A stretch of DNA of 64,000 nt from Ruminococcus sp. (GCA_017622925.1 JAGAQC010000005.1:269-64268), one strand, 5' to 3'; shown: positions 1 to 10,077, counted from the first letter of the stretch. The notes: generated from the letters alone by a model not told the origin. Numbers and translations are program-made.

Positions 1-2
1 GC

Positions 3-790
3 TTATTTATGATATAAATTGTTAAGCTTTAGCATTGTCCTGACTTCTTCAACAGTATAAACTCCTTCTTCTTTGCTGTTATCATATGGCAATTCGGACA
101 GAGCGGTACAAGGTCGTTTATGGGGTCAACAACATAATCTTCTTTTATCTCATGCAATGGTTTTCTATGGTGTACCTCGATTTTTCCAGAGAATTCTTCA
201 CCATATAACGCACCAAAATCAATTCCGCAAACCATACAAGCTGTTCCATAGTATGCTATGCATCTTGCTCTCGCTTTTTTATTGCGTTCATATTTGTTTG
301 TCAGGATGTCACGCATTGCACCTTCTATAAATAGTTCACTTGGAAGATCTGTATTTGATATGACCTCCTGCTCAAATTGCGGAAATGGCTTGATTTTCCT
401 ATCATGATCTGCAAGCCATGCTTTCAGCTCAGTTTCAAAATAGGATAGCTCATAATCAAACAACTGATTCAGGACTCCAGTTATCTGTGAAATGTTTTCG
501 ATTTCATCTGAGATATTCCAGCACTTCAACGTAATACTGCTGTCAAATGTTTCGGAAATACCGACAGCAGACAGCAACTTATCAAGCAGATTAATCAAAC
601 GCTTTCCAATATGCTTTCTATCAATTTTAACAGTCAGTAAGGTCTGTTCATTTGTATTGCATAATTCATAACAAAGCACATAGCCATCGTCGTATCTATT
701 CTGTGGAAAGACCGCATTGAGATTATCACTGGTAAAGCGGATGTTCTGTAATCCGTCACATAGCTTACGGTCAAAATGAATATGATCATT
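3..790 (-). pseudogene. HNH endonuclease (McrA-like), 5'-truncated and frameshifted near the 3' end
   Basis: Motifs YERNKKARARCIAYYGTACMVC, IEVHHRKPL and LCPNCH. The frame stays open upstream of 679 without a start codon. A frame switch near 80 gives a natural tail SKEEGVYTVEEVRTMLKLNNLYHK* ending at position 3. Confidence 0.75.
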
Positions 791-1006
791 TTTTTGCTCC
801 GTAAAGAGGAGGCAACGAGAAAACTTCGAGATACTGAATTGTTAAAAACTATACGGAAAAAATCTCAAATTGATTTGATTTCACTGTTAGAAAAGCTTGA
901 TAACCATTTGATTGCAAAAATCTTAAAAAAAACCGATGTGGTTGATTACATATTGACAAACAGCATTGATATTTCACTTATAAATTGGATTAAGCAGCAC
1001 AAATAA
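776..1006 (+). pseudogene. AT-rich ORF, probably a 3' gene fragment
   Basis: 76-aa ORF with no convincing RBS, abutting the truncated HNH gene and followed by a terminator hairpin. Confidence 0.35.
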
Positions 1007-1039
1007 TTCTGATTTATACGAGTAATTAAATATTAAGAA

Positions 1040-1078
1040 TAAGCCCCGAAGCATTTATCAATAATGCTTTAGGGCTTA
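1040..1078. terminator. Intrinsic terminator-like hairpin
   Basis: TAAGCCC-cg-AAGCATT...AATGCTT-t-AGGGCTTA inverted repeat. Confidence 0.55.
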
Positions 1079-1100
1079 AACTTCTTTATGAGTAGACCTA

Positions 1101-1262
1101 AGAGCCTGTTCAAAATCTCTCCGCGCACGTCTTTTCGGCAAATTTTGCCGAATTCTGCGTCAAAAATTCTTGCCATACGACAGTATGCCTGCGAATTTTT
1201 TCCTTGACTTCGACAAAATTATGTTCGAAAATCCGCACACGCCGAGATTCTGAACAGGCTCT
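1101..1262. mobile_element. MITE-like palindromic element, family A copy 1
   Basis: TIR AGAGCCTGTTCAAAATCTC...GAGATTCTGAACAGGCTCT; close copies at 29230-29392 and 31900-32061. Confidence 0.85.
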
Positions 1263-1285
1263 AAAAAACGGGTGATTTTTTGGAA

Positions 1286-1720
1286 CTACAAAAATTGTCT
1301 CATATTCTGCGAAAGCTTTTCTTCTGCCTTGATAAGACGTTTAGCCAGATTCTTGGAGCGTTCGTCAGCCGCCTTGTACTGGTTCATATAGCGGCTCAGG
1401 GACTTTATTCCCATATTGCAGCCGTCTGTCATAAGCTCAGCGATAGTGCTGTCGGATTCGTCCATTTTAAGCTTGACGTTTGTTTTCAGCCATGACATTC
1501 CCGAAGCGATAGGATTCGGTTCTTTGCCGTTGTCATGATAGTCTGCAAGAACCTTCTGCAAATCGTCCTGCAATTTCTGATTCTCCTCAGTGCTGTCCTG
1601 CAAATACTTTCTCATGTCGGAACTGTGTGCGTATTCCATGACCTCGTCAAGAGCAGATACGCCCATTTTTATGCCTGCATCGCATTCCCGAAGCAGTTTT
1701 ACGGTATCCTGTTCAACCAT
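1286..1720 (-). CDS. Hypothetical protein, predicted ferritin-like helical bundle
   Basis: 144-aa ORF with RBS AAAGGAAG; helical pattern, motif GCNMGIKSL. Confidence 0.75.
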   Translation of the reverse strand: MVEQDTVKLLRECDAGIKMGVSALDEVMEYAHSSDMRKYLQDSTEENQKLQDDLQKVLADYHDNGKEPNPIASGMSWLKTNVKLKMDESDSTIAELMTDGCNMGIKSLSRYMNQYKAADERSKNLAKRLIKAEEKLSQNMRQFL

Positions 1721-1723
1721 AAA

Positions 1724-1769
1724 AAATCACTTCCTTTCAGAGATATTTTGTCCTGAAAAGAAGTGATTT
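1724..1769 (-). terminator. Hairpin ending the lysine operon and covering the next RBS
   Basis: AAATCACTTCTTTTCAG...CTGAAAGGAAGTGATTT followed by a T-run on the minus strand. Confidence 0.6.
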
Positions 1770-1775
1770 ATTCTT

Positions 1776-2048
1776 TTATTCTGATTTTTTCTTATGCAGA
1801 AGTACAGCCGAAACGATTATGCAAATAATTCCAAAAATTAAACCTATAACCGCCATTAACGGAGTTACTGCAATTCGCGACGTTGCAAGAAATACAGCCG
1901 TCGGACCGTCAGCACCTCCTATAATTCCTATGCTTTCAGTTGAGGAAATCTCATGAAAAGCAATTTCAAATTTTATAAGAAATACTATAGAAGTGACAGC
2001 AAGCAAAGCACCTGAAATTCCTGCAATCAAGCCGATAACTTTTTTCAT
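1776..2048 (-). CDS. Small two-TM membrane protein with OadB-type IGIIGGADGPTA motif
   Basis: 90 aa; two hydrophobic helices around GIIGGADGPTAVF; overlaps the ddh stop. Confidence 0.75.
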   Translation of the reverse strand: MKKVIGLIAGISGALLAVTSIVFLIKFEIAFHEISSTESIGIIGGADGPTAVFLATSRIAVTPLMAVIGLIFGIICIIVSAVLLHKKKSE

Positions 2049-3031
2049 AGCATTTTTGCCCTTAATTCTTCTGCACTGAGTGGAGAAAGATACGCGGGAG
2101 CAATGTCGAAAGCAGTCTTACAGCCTGTTACGCCCTCAGCTTTTAATCTTGCCAAAGCACGCGCGTAACAGATAAGAACGCTTGCGGTAAACTCGGGATT
2201 GGATTCAAGTTTAAGGGAATACTCTATCATCTGATGCGTACTCTCCCCTGCTCCTGTCAGACCGCTTCTCATAACAAATCCTCCATGAGGCATTTTGTTG
2301 TGAACGGCGTCGAACTCCTCCTCGTTAATGAAATTTACCGTTGTGTCGTATTCGTCAAAGTAATTTTTCATGCTCTTGATAGTTTCCTCGATCTTAGCAA
2401 GATCTGCTCCCTCATCGGGAACTACCCAGCACTCACGAAGATGCTTCTGACGCGTTGTGAGTTCGGGCTGACTTCCGCTGCGTACCGCGTCCATAGCTTC
2501 TTCAATGGGAACGGTATACTGTATTCCCCTTTTTACGCCCTCAACACGGCGGATAGCGTCGGAATGTCCCTGACTTACGCCTTTGCCCCAGAACGTATAG
2601 GTTTTGCCGTTCGGGAGAATTGATTCAGCGTACAGTCTGTTCAATGAGAAAAGACCCGGATCCCAGCCGAGGGAAATAAACGCAAGATGTCCGCTTTCTT
2701 TCGCCGCTTTGTCAACGTTTGCAAAATGCTCGGGAATACGCGCATGAGTGTCGAAGCTGTCGATAACGTTGAATTTTTTTGCAAGTTCGGGAGTCTGCTT
2801 CGGGAGGTCCGTTGCGCTGCCGCCGCAAATTATCATAACGTCTATCTTATCGGTCATATTTTCGGCATCAGCCATGCTGTAGACTTCTGCGCCCGTAAGC
2901 GTCTTAACGTCTGACGGATCACGGCGTGTAAACACTCCGACAAGCTCCATATCTTCGTTTTGTTTTACAGCAAGCTCTACGCCTCGTCCGAGATTTCCGT
3001 AGCCTGCAATACCAATTCTAACCTTGCTCAT
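2045..3031 (-). CDS. ddh: Meso-diaminopimelate D-dehydrogenase
   Basis: GYGNLGRG Rossmann motif, DSFDTH, GWDPG, TFWGKGVSQGHSDA, HGG, NPEFTA. Confidence 0.95.
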   Translation of the reverse strand: MSKVRIGIAGYGNLGRGVELAVKQNEDMELVGVFTRRDPSDVKTLTGAEVYSMADAENMTDKIDVMIICGGSATDLPKQTPELAKKFNVIDSFDTHARIPEHFANVDKAAKESGHLAFISLGWDPGLFSLNRLYAESILPNGKTYTFWGKGVSQGHSDAIRRVEGVKRGIQYTVPIEEAMDAVRSGSQPELTTRQKHLRECWVVPDEGADLAKIEETIKSMKNYFDEYDTTVNFINEEEFDAVHNKMPHGGFVMRSGLTGAGESTHQMIEYSLKLESNPEFTASVLICYARALARLKAEGVTGCKTAFDIAPAYLSPLSAEELRAKML

Positions 3032-3055
3032 TTCAAATCAATCCTTTCACGTCTT

Positions 3056-3805
3056 TTATATAAGCATCTGCATATCATAAAGTCCGGCTGGCTGATCTTT
3101 AAGGTATACGGCAGCCTTTACCGAACCCTCGGCAAAAACAGTTTTTGAAGCTGCCGAGTGAGACAGCGTTATAACTTCATCGTTTCCTGCGAATATTACG
3201 TCATGCTCGCCTACTATAGTGCCGCCTCTGATAGCGTGCATTCCTATTTCGCTCTTGTCACGCTTCTGACGGCGTGAGTGGCGGTCGTAAACATACTGCT
3301 TTGAATTGTCCAGCGTTTCATTAATGGCGTTTGCAAGCATTATAGCAGTGCCGCTTGGCGCGTCAAGCTTTTGGTTATGGTGTTTTTCAACGATCTCAAT
3401 GTCAAAACGGTCGCCTAAAACCTCCGCCGCCTTTTTTGCAAGCTGAACAAGAAGATTTATTCCCAAAGACATGTTAAATGTAAAGAATACGGGAATATGT
3501 TCCGCAGCAGATTTGATTTTTGCGATCTGCTCGTCACTGTAGCCTGTTGACGCAACGACGATCGGCGTACCTGTTGAAAGACAGTATTCAAGAAGTCCGT
3601 CAAGAGAAGCCGGATTAGAGAAATCTATAATAACGTCAGGCTTAACAGGAAGCTCCGCAGGACTTGCAACGATCGGAAAATCCGCATACTGTTCGGTATA
3701 CAAGTCGATACCTGCAACAACTTTGCAGTCGTCACGGTCTTTTACGCAGTTGTAAACAGTCCTGCCCATTTTGCCGTTTGCACCGCATATAGCTATATTG
3801 GTCAT
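3056..3805 (-). CDS. dapB: 4-hydroxy-tetrahydrodipicolinate reductase
   Basis: GANGKMG, EKHHNQKLDAPSGTA, RGGTIVGEH. Confidence 0.97.
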   Translation of the reverse strand: MTNIAICGANGKMGRTVYNCVKDRDDCKVVAGIDLYTEQYADFPIVASPAELPVKPDVIIDFSNPASLDGLLEYCLSTGTPIVVASTGYSDEQIAKIKSAAEHIPVFFTFNMSLGINLLVQLAKKAAEVLGDRFDIEIVEKHHNQKLDAPSGTAIMLANAINETLDNSKQYVYDRHSRRQKRDKSEIGMHAIRGGTIVGEHDVIFAGNDEVITLSHSAASKTVFAEGSVKAAVYLKDQPAGLYDMQMLI

Positions 3806-3825
3806 GGTTTCACGTCCTCTTTCAA

Positions 3826-4716
3826 TTATTTTATCAAACCGTGCTTCTGCATGGCGGCACGGAGTACAGCCTTATGCTCCTCGGTCATTTCAACAAGCGG
3901 AAGTCTGCAAGGTCCTGCATTTACACCCATCATGTTTACAGCCTCTTTTACGGGAATCGGATTGACCTCGATAAACAGGCTGTTTATAAGGTCGAGATAA
4001 TCTATCTGGAGCTTTGTTGCTTCGGCAAAATTGTTGTCAAGGCAATACTGAACCATGTCATGAGTTTCTTTCGGGACAACATGGGAAAGTACGGAAATAA
4101 CGCCCTTAGCTCCAAGAGACATAAGCGGTACTATCATATCGTCGTTGCCGCTGTAAACGTCTATCATATCGCCGCATTCAGCAATAAGCTTTGCCGCATA
4201 GCTGATATTGCCGCTCGCTTCCTTTACCGCCGCAATATTTCTGTGCTTTGCAAGCTCCTTGACCGTGGCGATCTCCATGTTCATGCCTGTTCTGCCCGGA
4301 ATATTATAAAGCACAAGCGGAATATTTACGGCGTCTGCAATAGCGGTGAAGTGGGCTATAAGTCCACGCTGAGTAGTCTTATTGTAGTACGGAGTTACTA
4401 CGAGTAAAGCGTCAGCTCCGACAGCCTCAGCCTCCTTTGAAAGCTTAACCGCATATGCAGTATCGTTGCTTCCCGTACCCGCGATAACAGGAACTCTCTT
4501 TGCAGTCCTTTCAACGGCAAATCGGATACATTCCAAATGCTCATCGTCAGTCATTGTAGAAGCTTCGCCTGTTGTTCCGCAAATAACGATAGCGTCAGTT
4601 CCGCTTTCTATCTGTGTATCTATCATTTCGCCGAGTACGCCGTAATTTATCGAACCGTTGGCGTTCATAGGCGTTATAATGGCAATAGCCGCGCCTGTAA
4701 ATATTGTGTTTTTCAT
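3826..4716 (-). CDS. dapA: 4-hydroxy-tetrahydrodipicolinate synthase
   Basis: GTTGEAST, PYYNK, LYNIPGRTG, KEASG; start reset to MKNTIF after RBS AAAGGAG. Confidence 0.97.
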   Translation of the reverse strand: MKNTIFTGAAIAIITPMNANGSINYGVLGEMIDTQIESGTDAIVICGTTGEASTMTDDEHLECIRFAVERTAKRVPVIAGTGSNDTAYAVKLSKEAEAVGADALLVVTPYYNKTTQRGLIAHFTAIADAVNIPLVLYNIPGRTGMNMEIATVKELAKHRNIAAVKEASGNISYAAKLIAECGDMIDVYSGNDDMIVPLMSLGAKGVISVLSHVVPKETHDMVQYCLDNNFAEATKLQIDYLDLINSLFIEVNPIPVKEAVNMMGVNAGPCRLPLVEMTEEHKAVLRAAMQKHGLIK

Positions 4717-4730
4717 AGAAAACTCTCCTT

Positions 4731-5189
4731 TCAGAAAGATGATTTGTTTAATGTATAAACATTCCATTCTTTTTCTTTTTGCATTCCGTGAGCTTCATAA
4801 AATGCGGCTGAATTTTTATTCCATACGGCGCATTTCAATTCGATCTGCTCACAGTCGTTTTCGGCGGCGATCTCTTTTGCTTTGTCAAGAAGTTTTCCGC
4901 CGATCCCGCATCCTCTGTATTTTTCTCTTGCATACAGATCTTCGATATACAGAATTTTTCTTCCTGAAAAAGTTGTATATTTATAGAAAGCGTTCATAAC
5001 GCCAACAGCTTCGCTGCCGATATATGCAATAAAGCTCATCAGCGCACCGCTTTCAGTAAGTTCCTTGAAACGCTGCGGAGTCATTGTGAAAATATCAAGA
5101 GCATTGTGGTATTCCATAAGCTCTCTTGTAAGAATGAACGCAGTTTCCGTTTCTTCGGGCGATATAATTTTTATATCTATTATCATCAA
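4731..5189 (-). CDS. GNAT N-acetyltransferase (SSAT/diamine acetyltransferase-like)
   Basis: LYIEDLY, RGCGIG acetyl-CoA motif, WNKNSAAFY. Confidence 0.85.
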   Translation of the reverse strand: MMIIDIKIISPEETETAFILTRELMEYHNALDIFTMTPQRFKELTESGALMSFIAYIGSEAVGVMNAFYKYTTFSGRKILYIEDLYAREKYRGCGIGGKLLDKAKEIAAENDCEQIELKCAVWNKNSAAFYEAHGMQKEKEWNVYTLNKSSF

Positions 5190-6265
5190 TCAAAATATCC
5201 CTTTGCCGCAAGAAGCTCAGCCAAAAGAACTCCGCCGCCTGCCGCACCTCTTAATGTGTTGTGCGAGAGACATACGAACTTGTAATCGTACTGAGTATCT
5301 TCACGAAGACGTCCTGTTGAAACAGCCATTCCGTTTTCAAGATTTCTGTCAAGCTTTGCCTGCGGACGGTTATCCTCCTCGAAATAGTGTATAAACTGCT
5401 TGGGTGCGCTGGGAAGTTCAAGCTCCTGCGGAACTCCCTTGAAGTCCGCCCAAAGCTGCAATATCTCCTCCTTGGAGGGTTTATTCTCAAAGCTTACGAA
5501 CACAGCCGCCGTATGACCGTCCGAAACGGGAACTCGGAGACACTGTGTTGTAATGGACGGCGACGAAGCCTTTACAATCTCGTTGCCCTTTATCTCGCCC
5601 CATACTTTCAGAGGCTCTTGTTCGGATTTCTCCTCCTCGCCGCCGATATACGGAATGAGGTTATCCACCATTTCAGGCCATGTTTCAAAATTCTTGCCTG
5701 CTCCTGAAATTGCCTGATATGTGCATGCAAGAACATTTTTAAGACCAAACTTTCTGAGTGGGTGAAGCGCAGGCACATAGCTCTGAATGGAGCAGTTGGA
5801 TTTTACTGCAATAAATCCTCTCTTTGTGCCAAGACGCTGCCTTTGCGCCTTGATGATCTCTATGTGATCGGGATTTATCTCGGGAACTACCATAGGAACG
5901 TCGGGCGTAAAACGGTGAGCCGAATTATTTGAAACGATAGGACACTCGGCTTTAGCGTAAGCTTCTTCAAGAGCCTTTATTTCGTCTTTCTTCATATCGA
6001 CCGCGCAGAAACAGAAATCTACCATAGAAGCGATCTTTTCAATATCTGCCGAAGCGTCCATAAGTACCATATTCTTCATAGATTCAGGCATCGGAACAGC
6101 CATCTTCCAGCGACTGCCTGCCGCTTCCTCATAGGTCTGCCCTGCGCTTCTGGGCGACGCCGCAAGTACCTTTACATTAAACCAAGGGTGATTCTCAAGA
6201 AGTGTTGCAAACCTCTGTCCGACCATGCCCGTAGCTCCGATTATTCCAACATTGTACTGCTTCAT
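5186..6265 (-). CDS. asd: Aspartate-semialdehyde dehydrogenase
   Basis: GATGMVGQ, PMVVPEINP, SNCS, QAISGAG, HNTLRGAAG; start reset to MKQYNV after GGAG. Confidence 0.96.
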   Translation of the reverse strand: MKQYNVGIIGATGMVGQRFATLLENHPWFNVKVLAASPRSAGQTYEEAAGSRWKMAVPMPESMKNMVLMDASADIEKIASMVDFCFCAVDMKKDEIKALEEAYAKAECPIVSNNSAHRFTPDVPMVVPEINPDHIEIIKAQRQRLGTKRGFIAVKSNCSIQSYVPALHPLRKFGLKNVLACTYQAISGAGKNFETWPEMVDNLIPYIGGEEEKSEQEPLKVWGEIKGNEIVKASSPSITTQCLRVPVSDGHTAAVFVSFENKPSKEEILQLWADFKGVPQELELPSAPKQFIHYFEEDNRPQAKLDRNLENGMAVSTGRLREDTQYDYKFVCLSHNTLRGAAGGGVLLAELLAAKGYFD

Positions 6266-6289
6266 AAAACTACTCCTTAAAATTTTTTT

Positions 6290-6323
6290 GAAAAAATAAT
6301 AAAAACCGGTTGCAAACCGGCTC
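6290..6323 (-). terminator. Expression-platform terminator of the lysine riboswitch
   Basis: GCCGGTTTGCAACCGGTTTTTTATTTTT on the minus strand between aptamer and asd. Confidence 0.75.
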
Positions 6324-6368
6324 ATCATGAGTTATAATAGAAGTATTGGCATTGATATTTTTTATGCC

Positions 6369-6530
6369 GATAGCTCTCCACCATTATCATGATGACAGCC
6401 GAAAGCCTGTTGAGCTTACAGCCGAAACGGAATTTACCAAAGACCGTTCCTCGGCGGCATTGCCTTTCATCTCACTTCATCGGACAGGTGATCCTCCGTG
6501 AGGGTACTGATCGCAGCCGCACCTCTACCT
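6369..6530 (-). ncRNA. Lysine riboswitch (L-box)
   Basis: Minus strand GGTAGAGGTGCG...ATGAAAGG...GCCGA...CTGTCA...TGGAGAGCTATC, upstream of the asd-dap operon. Confidence 0.93.
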
Positions 6531-6615
6531 GTTATCTATAATATCACTTTATTCTGAATATGTCAATATCTTTTTGAAAAATAATTTTCAAATTTCAAAC
6601 GTCAAAGGAGTTTTT

Positions 6616-7656
6616 ATGGAATTGCTCAAATCTGATTTTTATTACGATCTTCCCGAAGAACTTATTGCACAGACTCCGGTGGAGCCGAGAAATTCTTCAC
6701 GTATGATGTGCGTTGACCGCAATTCGGGAGAAATATCCCACGACCGTTTCTATAATTTATGCTCGCACCTGAAAAAAGGTGACCTGCTCGTAATGAACGA
6801 CTCACGCGTTATACCTGCGCGTTTATACGGCGAAAAGGTCGGAAACGGAACTTTTATAGAATTTCTGCTGCTCGAACAAAAAGGCGATAAGCTTTGGGAA
6901 ATAATATGCCGCCCCGGAAAAAAGGCTAAGGTCGGCACAAGATTCTCTTTCGGAGGAGGCAGACTTATCGCCGAGGTAAAAGAGGTCAAGGACGATGGCA
7001 ACCGTATTGTGAAATTTGAATGCGAGGAAAATTTTTTTACGGCTTTAGAGGACGTCGGACAAATGCCGCTCCCGCCGTACATAAAAGAAAAGCTCGAAAA
7101 CAAAGAGCGTTATCAAACGGTTTATTCCAACGAGCTTGGTTCGGCGGCAGCTCCCACGGCAGGTCTGCACTTTACTGATGAAATGCTTGAGGAGCTTCGG
7201 GCAAAAGGCATAAAAACCGCCTTTGTAACGCTTCACGTCGGTCTCGGAACATTCCGTCCCGTTAAGGAAGATAACGTTCTCGACCACAAAATGCACAGCG
7301 AGCATTATCATCTGCCAAAAGAGACTGCCGATCTGATAAATTCCACCAAAGCAGAGGGCGGACGTGTCATTGCCGTCGGAACTACGACTTGCCGAACTCT
7401 TGAAAGCGTAGCGACCTTTTTCGGCGATATTTCCGAACGCGAGGGATATACGGATATTTTCATTTATCCCGGATACGAATTCAAGTGCATTGACGGACTT
7501 ATAACAAATTTTCATCTTCCCGAAAGTACGCTTATCATGCTTGTTTCGGCATTTATGGGATATGAAAATACTATGAACGCCTACAAAACCGCAGTTGAGG
7601 AAAAGTACAGATTTTTCAGCTTCGGAGATGCTATGTTTATAGCGACGCAGGATTGA
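6616..7656 (+). CDS. queA: S-adenosylmethionine:tRNA ribosyltransferase-isomerase
   Basis: [49 protein letters not shown]. Confidence 0.97.
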   Translation: MELLKSDFYYDLPEELIAQTPVEPRNSSRMMCVDRNSGEISHDRFYNLCSHLKKGDLLVMNDSRVIPARLYGEKVGNGTFIEFLLLEQKGDKLWEIICRPGKKAKVGTRFSFGGGRLIAEVKEVKDDGNRIVKFECEENFFTALEDVGQMPLPPYIKEKLENKERYQTVYSNELGSAAAPTAGLHFTDEMLEELRAKGIKTAFVTLHVGLGTFRPVKEDNVLDHKMHSEHYHLPKETADLINSTKAEGGRVIAVGTTTCRTLESVATFFGDISEREGYTDIFIYPGYEFKCIDGLITNFHLPESTLIMLVSAFMGYENTMNAYKTAVEEKYRFFSFGDAMFIATQD

Positions 7657-7890
7657 ACAAACTATTAACGAAATATTAACAAAGTGTTAATTGAGCTTGG
7701 TTACTGAAAAGTTAAGATTTATGTACTGTTCAGTAATCGACTTGCATTTTCATGCGTCCCATAATTTACGGAGATTCTATGTGTATACTGTAAGGCAATT
7801 ACATTTGTAACTTTTTATGTGACATTTACCACTTGTAAAAATTCTCCATATCTGATATAATAAAAGCACACTATAAACGGAGGTCACAGT

Positions 7891-8115
7891 ATGTCAGAAT
7901 TATCATTGATCGCCACTTTTTTCGGTGTCCCTATCGCTGTACTTATATGTCTTATCATATATGTCGTAAGATATGTCAAAACTCCCAAGGATGATCCCGA
8001 GCTAAAGAAAAAGCGTTTGCTGCCGCTGATTATTTCTGCTGCCATATTTCTTGTCATGATATTGGCATTCGCTGCGCTATGCGTACTTTTTATGGTGTCT
8101 TTAAGCCATATGTAG
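7891..8115 (+). CDS. Small two-TM membrane protein
   Basis: RBS GGAGG; two hydrophobic segments. Confidence 0.75.
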   Translation: MSELSLIATFFGVPIAVLICLIIYVVRYVKTPKDDPELKKKRLLPLIISAAIFLVMILAFAALCVLFMVSLSHM

Positions 8116-8125
8116 GAGGTTCACT

Positions 8126-8263
8126 ATGAGCGATAAGATATTCAAAAGACTTTTGCTTATTTGTACTGCGGCAGGCTGTATTGCAACGGTCCTGCTTATT
8201 ATGATCACAACGATCTTGTACAAGGACTGCTCTATAATCTCATACATCGCCAACGGGAGGTAA
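8126..8263 (+). CDS. 45-aa single-TM peptide (not in the ORF track)
   Basis: RBS AGGAGG then MSDKIFKRLLLICTAAGCIATVLLIMITTILYKDCSIISYIANGR*; tightly packed between its neighbours. Confidence 0.7.
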   Translation: MSDKIFKRLLLICTAAGCIATVLLIMITTILYKDCSIISYIANGR

Positions 8264-8265
8264 AT

Positions 8266-9234
8266 ATGAATAAGCTGACAAAACAGATAGCGGCTTTAGC
8301 GGCGGTACTGTTTGGCTTTGCGGCGTTCGATACGGCTATATATCAACTCTGCACAAAGCCGTGTCTGCCGGATCAGAGTTCGGGAATGCAGGCGAAGTCC
8401 ATCGAGCTTGACCGTTATCTGCCGTTTGACGACGCTTCCGAAATAGTTGATGTAAAATCAGAATTTCAGCTTACGGACGACCTTCCCGTTATCGACGGAG
8501 CTGCGGCTCTCTATCCGATATGCTCGGCGTTTGTAAACGCTGTTTATCCCGAAGATGCCGTCCGCTTTGACGGTGATGATTTTTCGGCGGAAAGCAAGCT
8601 CCAGATGAGGAATACCCGTGCCGCCTACAAAGCCGTCGTTGACGGAGATTCCGATATTATAATATGCGCCAAGCCCTCGGAGGAACAGCTTCAATATACC
8701 GCCGACAACGGCGTAGAACTGGAGCTTGTGCCTATCGGCTGTGAAGCGTTTGTTTTTCTTGTAAACGGCGAAAATCCCGTTGACGACCTTTCGGTTGAAC
8801 AAATAAAAGGTATCTACAGCGGCGAATACAACAATTGGTCGGAGCTGGGCGGAGAAAATCTGTTTATAAATCCGCTGACAAGAAATACGGGCAGCGGAAG
8901 TCAGACGGCTATGCTTTCTTTCATGAAAGATACCGAAATAAAGAAAAATCCATTGGGATTTATCGGCAGTCCGATAGGTTTTTCATTCCGCTATTATGTT
9001 GAGGACGTCGTTGAGCATGGAAACGTTAAAATGCTCTCTCTGAACGGCGTTTATCCCGACAAGGACAACATCGCTGACGGAAGTTACCCGATAGTCAGCA
9101 ATTTTTATGCGGTATACGACAAGTCAAACGAAAATCCTAATATTCAGCCGCTTATTGACTGGATTCTGTCCGACGAGGGACAGTACATAATCGAAGAAAC
9201 AGGCTATATTCCGATGCCTGCGGAAAAGGAATGA
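8266..9234 (+). CDS. PstS-like phosphate-binding (PBP domain) protein
   Basis: IDGAAALYP, EAFVFLVN, IYSGEYNNWSELGG, RNTGSGSQT, WILSDEGQ; start reset to MNKLTK after GGAGG. Confidence 0.85.
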   Translation: MNKLTKQIAALAAVLFGFAAFDTAIYQLCTKPCLPDQSSGMQAKSIELDRYLPFDDASEIVDVKSEFQLTDDLPVIDGAAALYPICSAFVNAVYPEDAVRFDGDDFSAESKLQMRNTRAAYKAVVDGDSDIIICAKPSEEQLQYTADNGVELELVPIGCEAFVFLVNGENPVDDLSVEQIKGIYSGEYNNWSELGGENLFINPLTRNTGSGSQTAMLSFMKDTEIKKNPLGFIGSPIGFSFRYYVEDVVEHGNVKMLSLNGVYPDKDNIADGSYPIVSNFYAVYDKSNENPNIQPLIDWILSDEGQYIIEETGYIPMPAEKE

Positions 9235-9638
9235 TTTTTACGGATATATCAGTATTTTTTAAAAGCATTATAGATTCGGACATTGCGCCTGTTGTGGTAT
9301 GCGATACGTCCCATAAAATAATTTACATGAACCCAACTGCAATTTCACGATACGAAAAAAGAGGCGGTGCGGCACTTATAGGAAAGTCGCTTTCGGACTG
9401 CCACAACGCCGACTCCAATAATAAAATAAAAGCCGTACTTGAATGGTTCGGAAAGTCTGCCGAAAATAACCGTATGTTCACTTTTCATAACGCCAAAGAA
9501 AATAAAGACGTTTACATGACTGCGCTCCGTGACGAAAACAGTAAGCTTATAGGCTATTATGAAAAGCATGAGTATCGAACAAGCGAAACTTCCGTTCCAT
9601 ACGAAACTATTAATAATATGACATTTGTAACTGATTAA
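9231..9638 (+). CDS. Stand-alone PAS domain protein
   Basis: VVVCD-x-IIYMN, LIGKSLSDCH pattern. Confidence 0.75.
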   Translation: MIFTDISVFFKSIIDSDIAPVVVCDTSHKIIYMNPTAISRYEKRGGAALIGKSLSDCHNADSNNKIKAVLEWFGKSAENNRMFTFHNAKENKDVYMTALRDENSKLIGYYEKHEYRTSETSVPYETINNMTFVTD

Positions 9639-9714
9639 TTGACAAATGACATCTTGGAAAAAACTTCCGCAAATATTATAATATAATTGTAATAAACAAA
9701 CGGAGGTTTTTACC

Positions 9715-10077
9715 ATGAAAAAATTATTAGAAATATTATCTTTTATTGTCGATTGCATTTTTGTTCTCGGCGGACTTTTTCTCATTATAGTTGTTGTTGG
9801 TGTGCTTCAGGAAGTTCTTTATGATTCACCGTCAACAGGACTTGGCGAATTATTTCATTCGTTTTTTTCGCTAATTATTATTTGCGTAGCTGTACTTGCC
9901 GTTTCAACTGCTGCTTCTGTTATCTTTGTAGGAGTGATGTCGTTCTTTCTTATCAGAACAGCAAACAAAAAGTTCCCTGATGACGAGGACAAAACAAAAC
10001 GCATTATTATTAAGTGTGTTGCTTACGGAATGCTCATTATAACTCTCATAAAGGTTGTAATTTTTTTCATTAAATAA
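9715..10077 (+). CDS. Hypothetical three-TM membrane protein
   Basis: RBS GGAGG, upstream TATAAT, three hydrophobic segments. Confidence 0.75.
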   Translation: MKKLLEILSFIVDCIFVLGGLFLIIVVVGVLQEVLYDSPSTGLGELFHSFFSLIIICVAVLAVSTAASVIFVGVMSFFLIRTANKKFPDDEDKTKRIIIKCVAYGMLIITLIKVVIFFIK

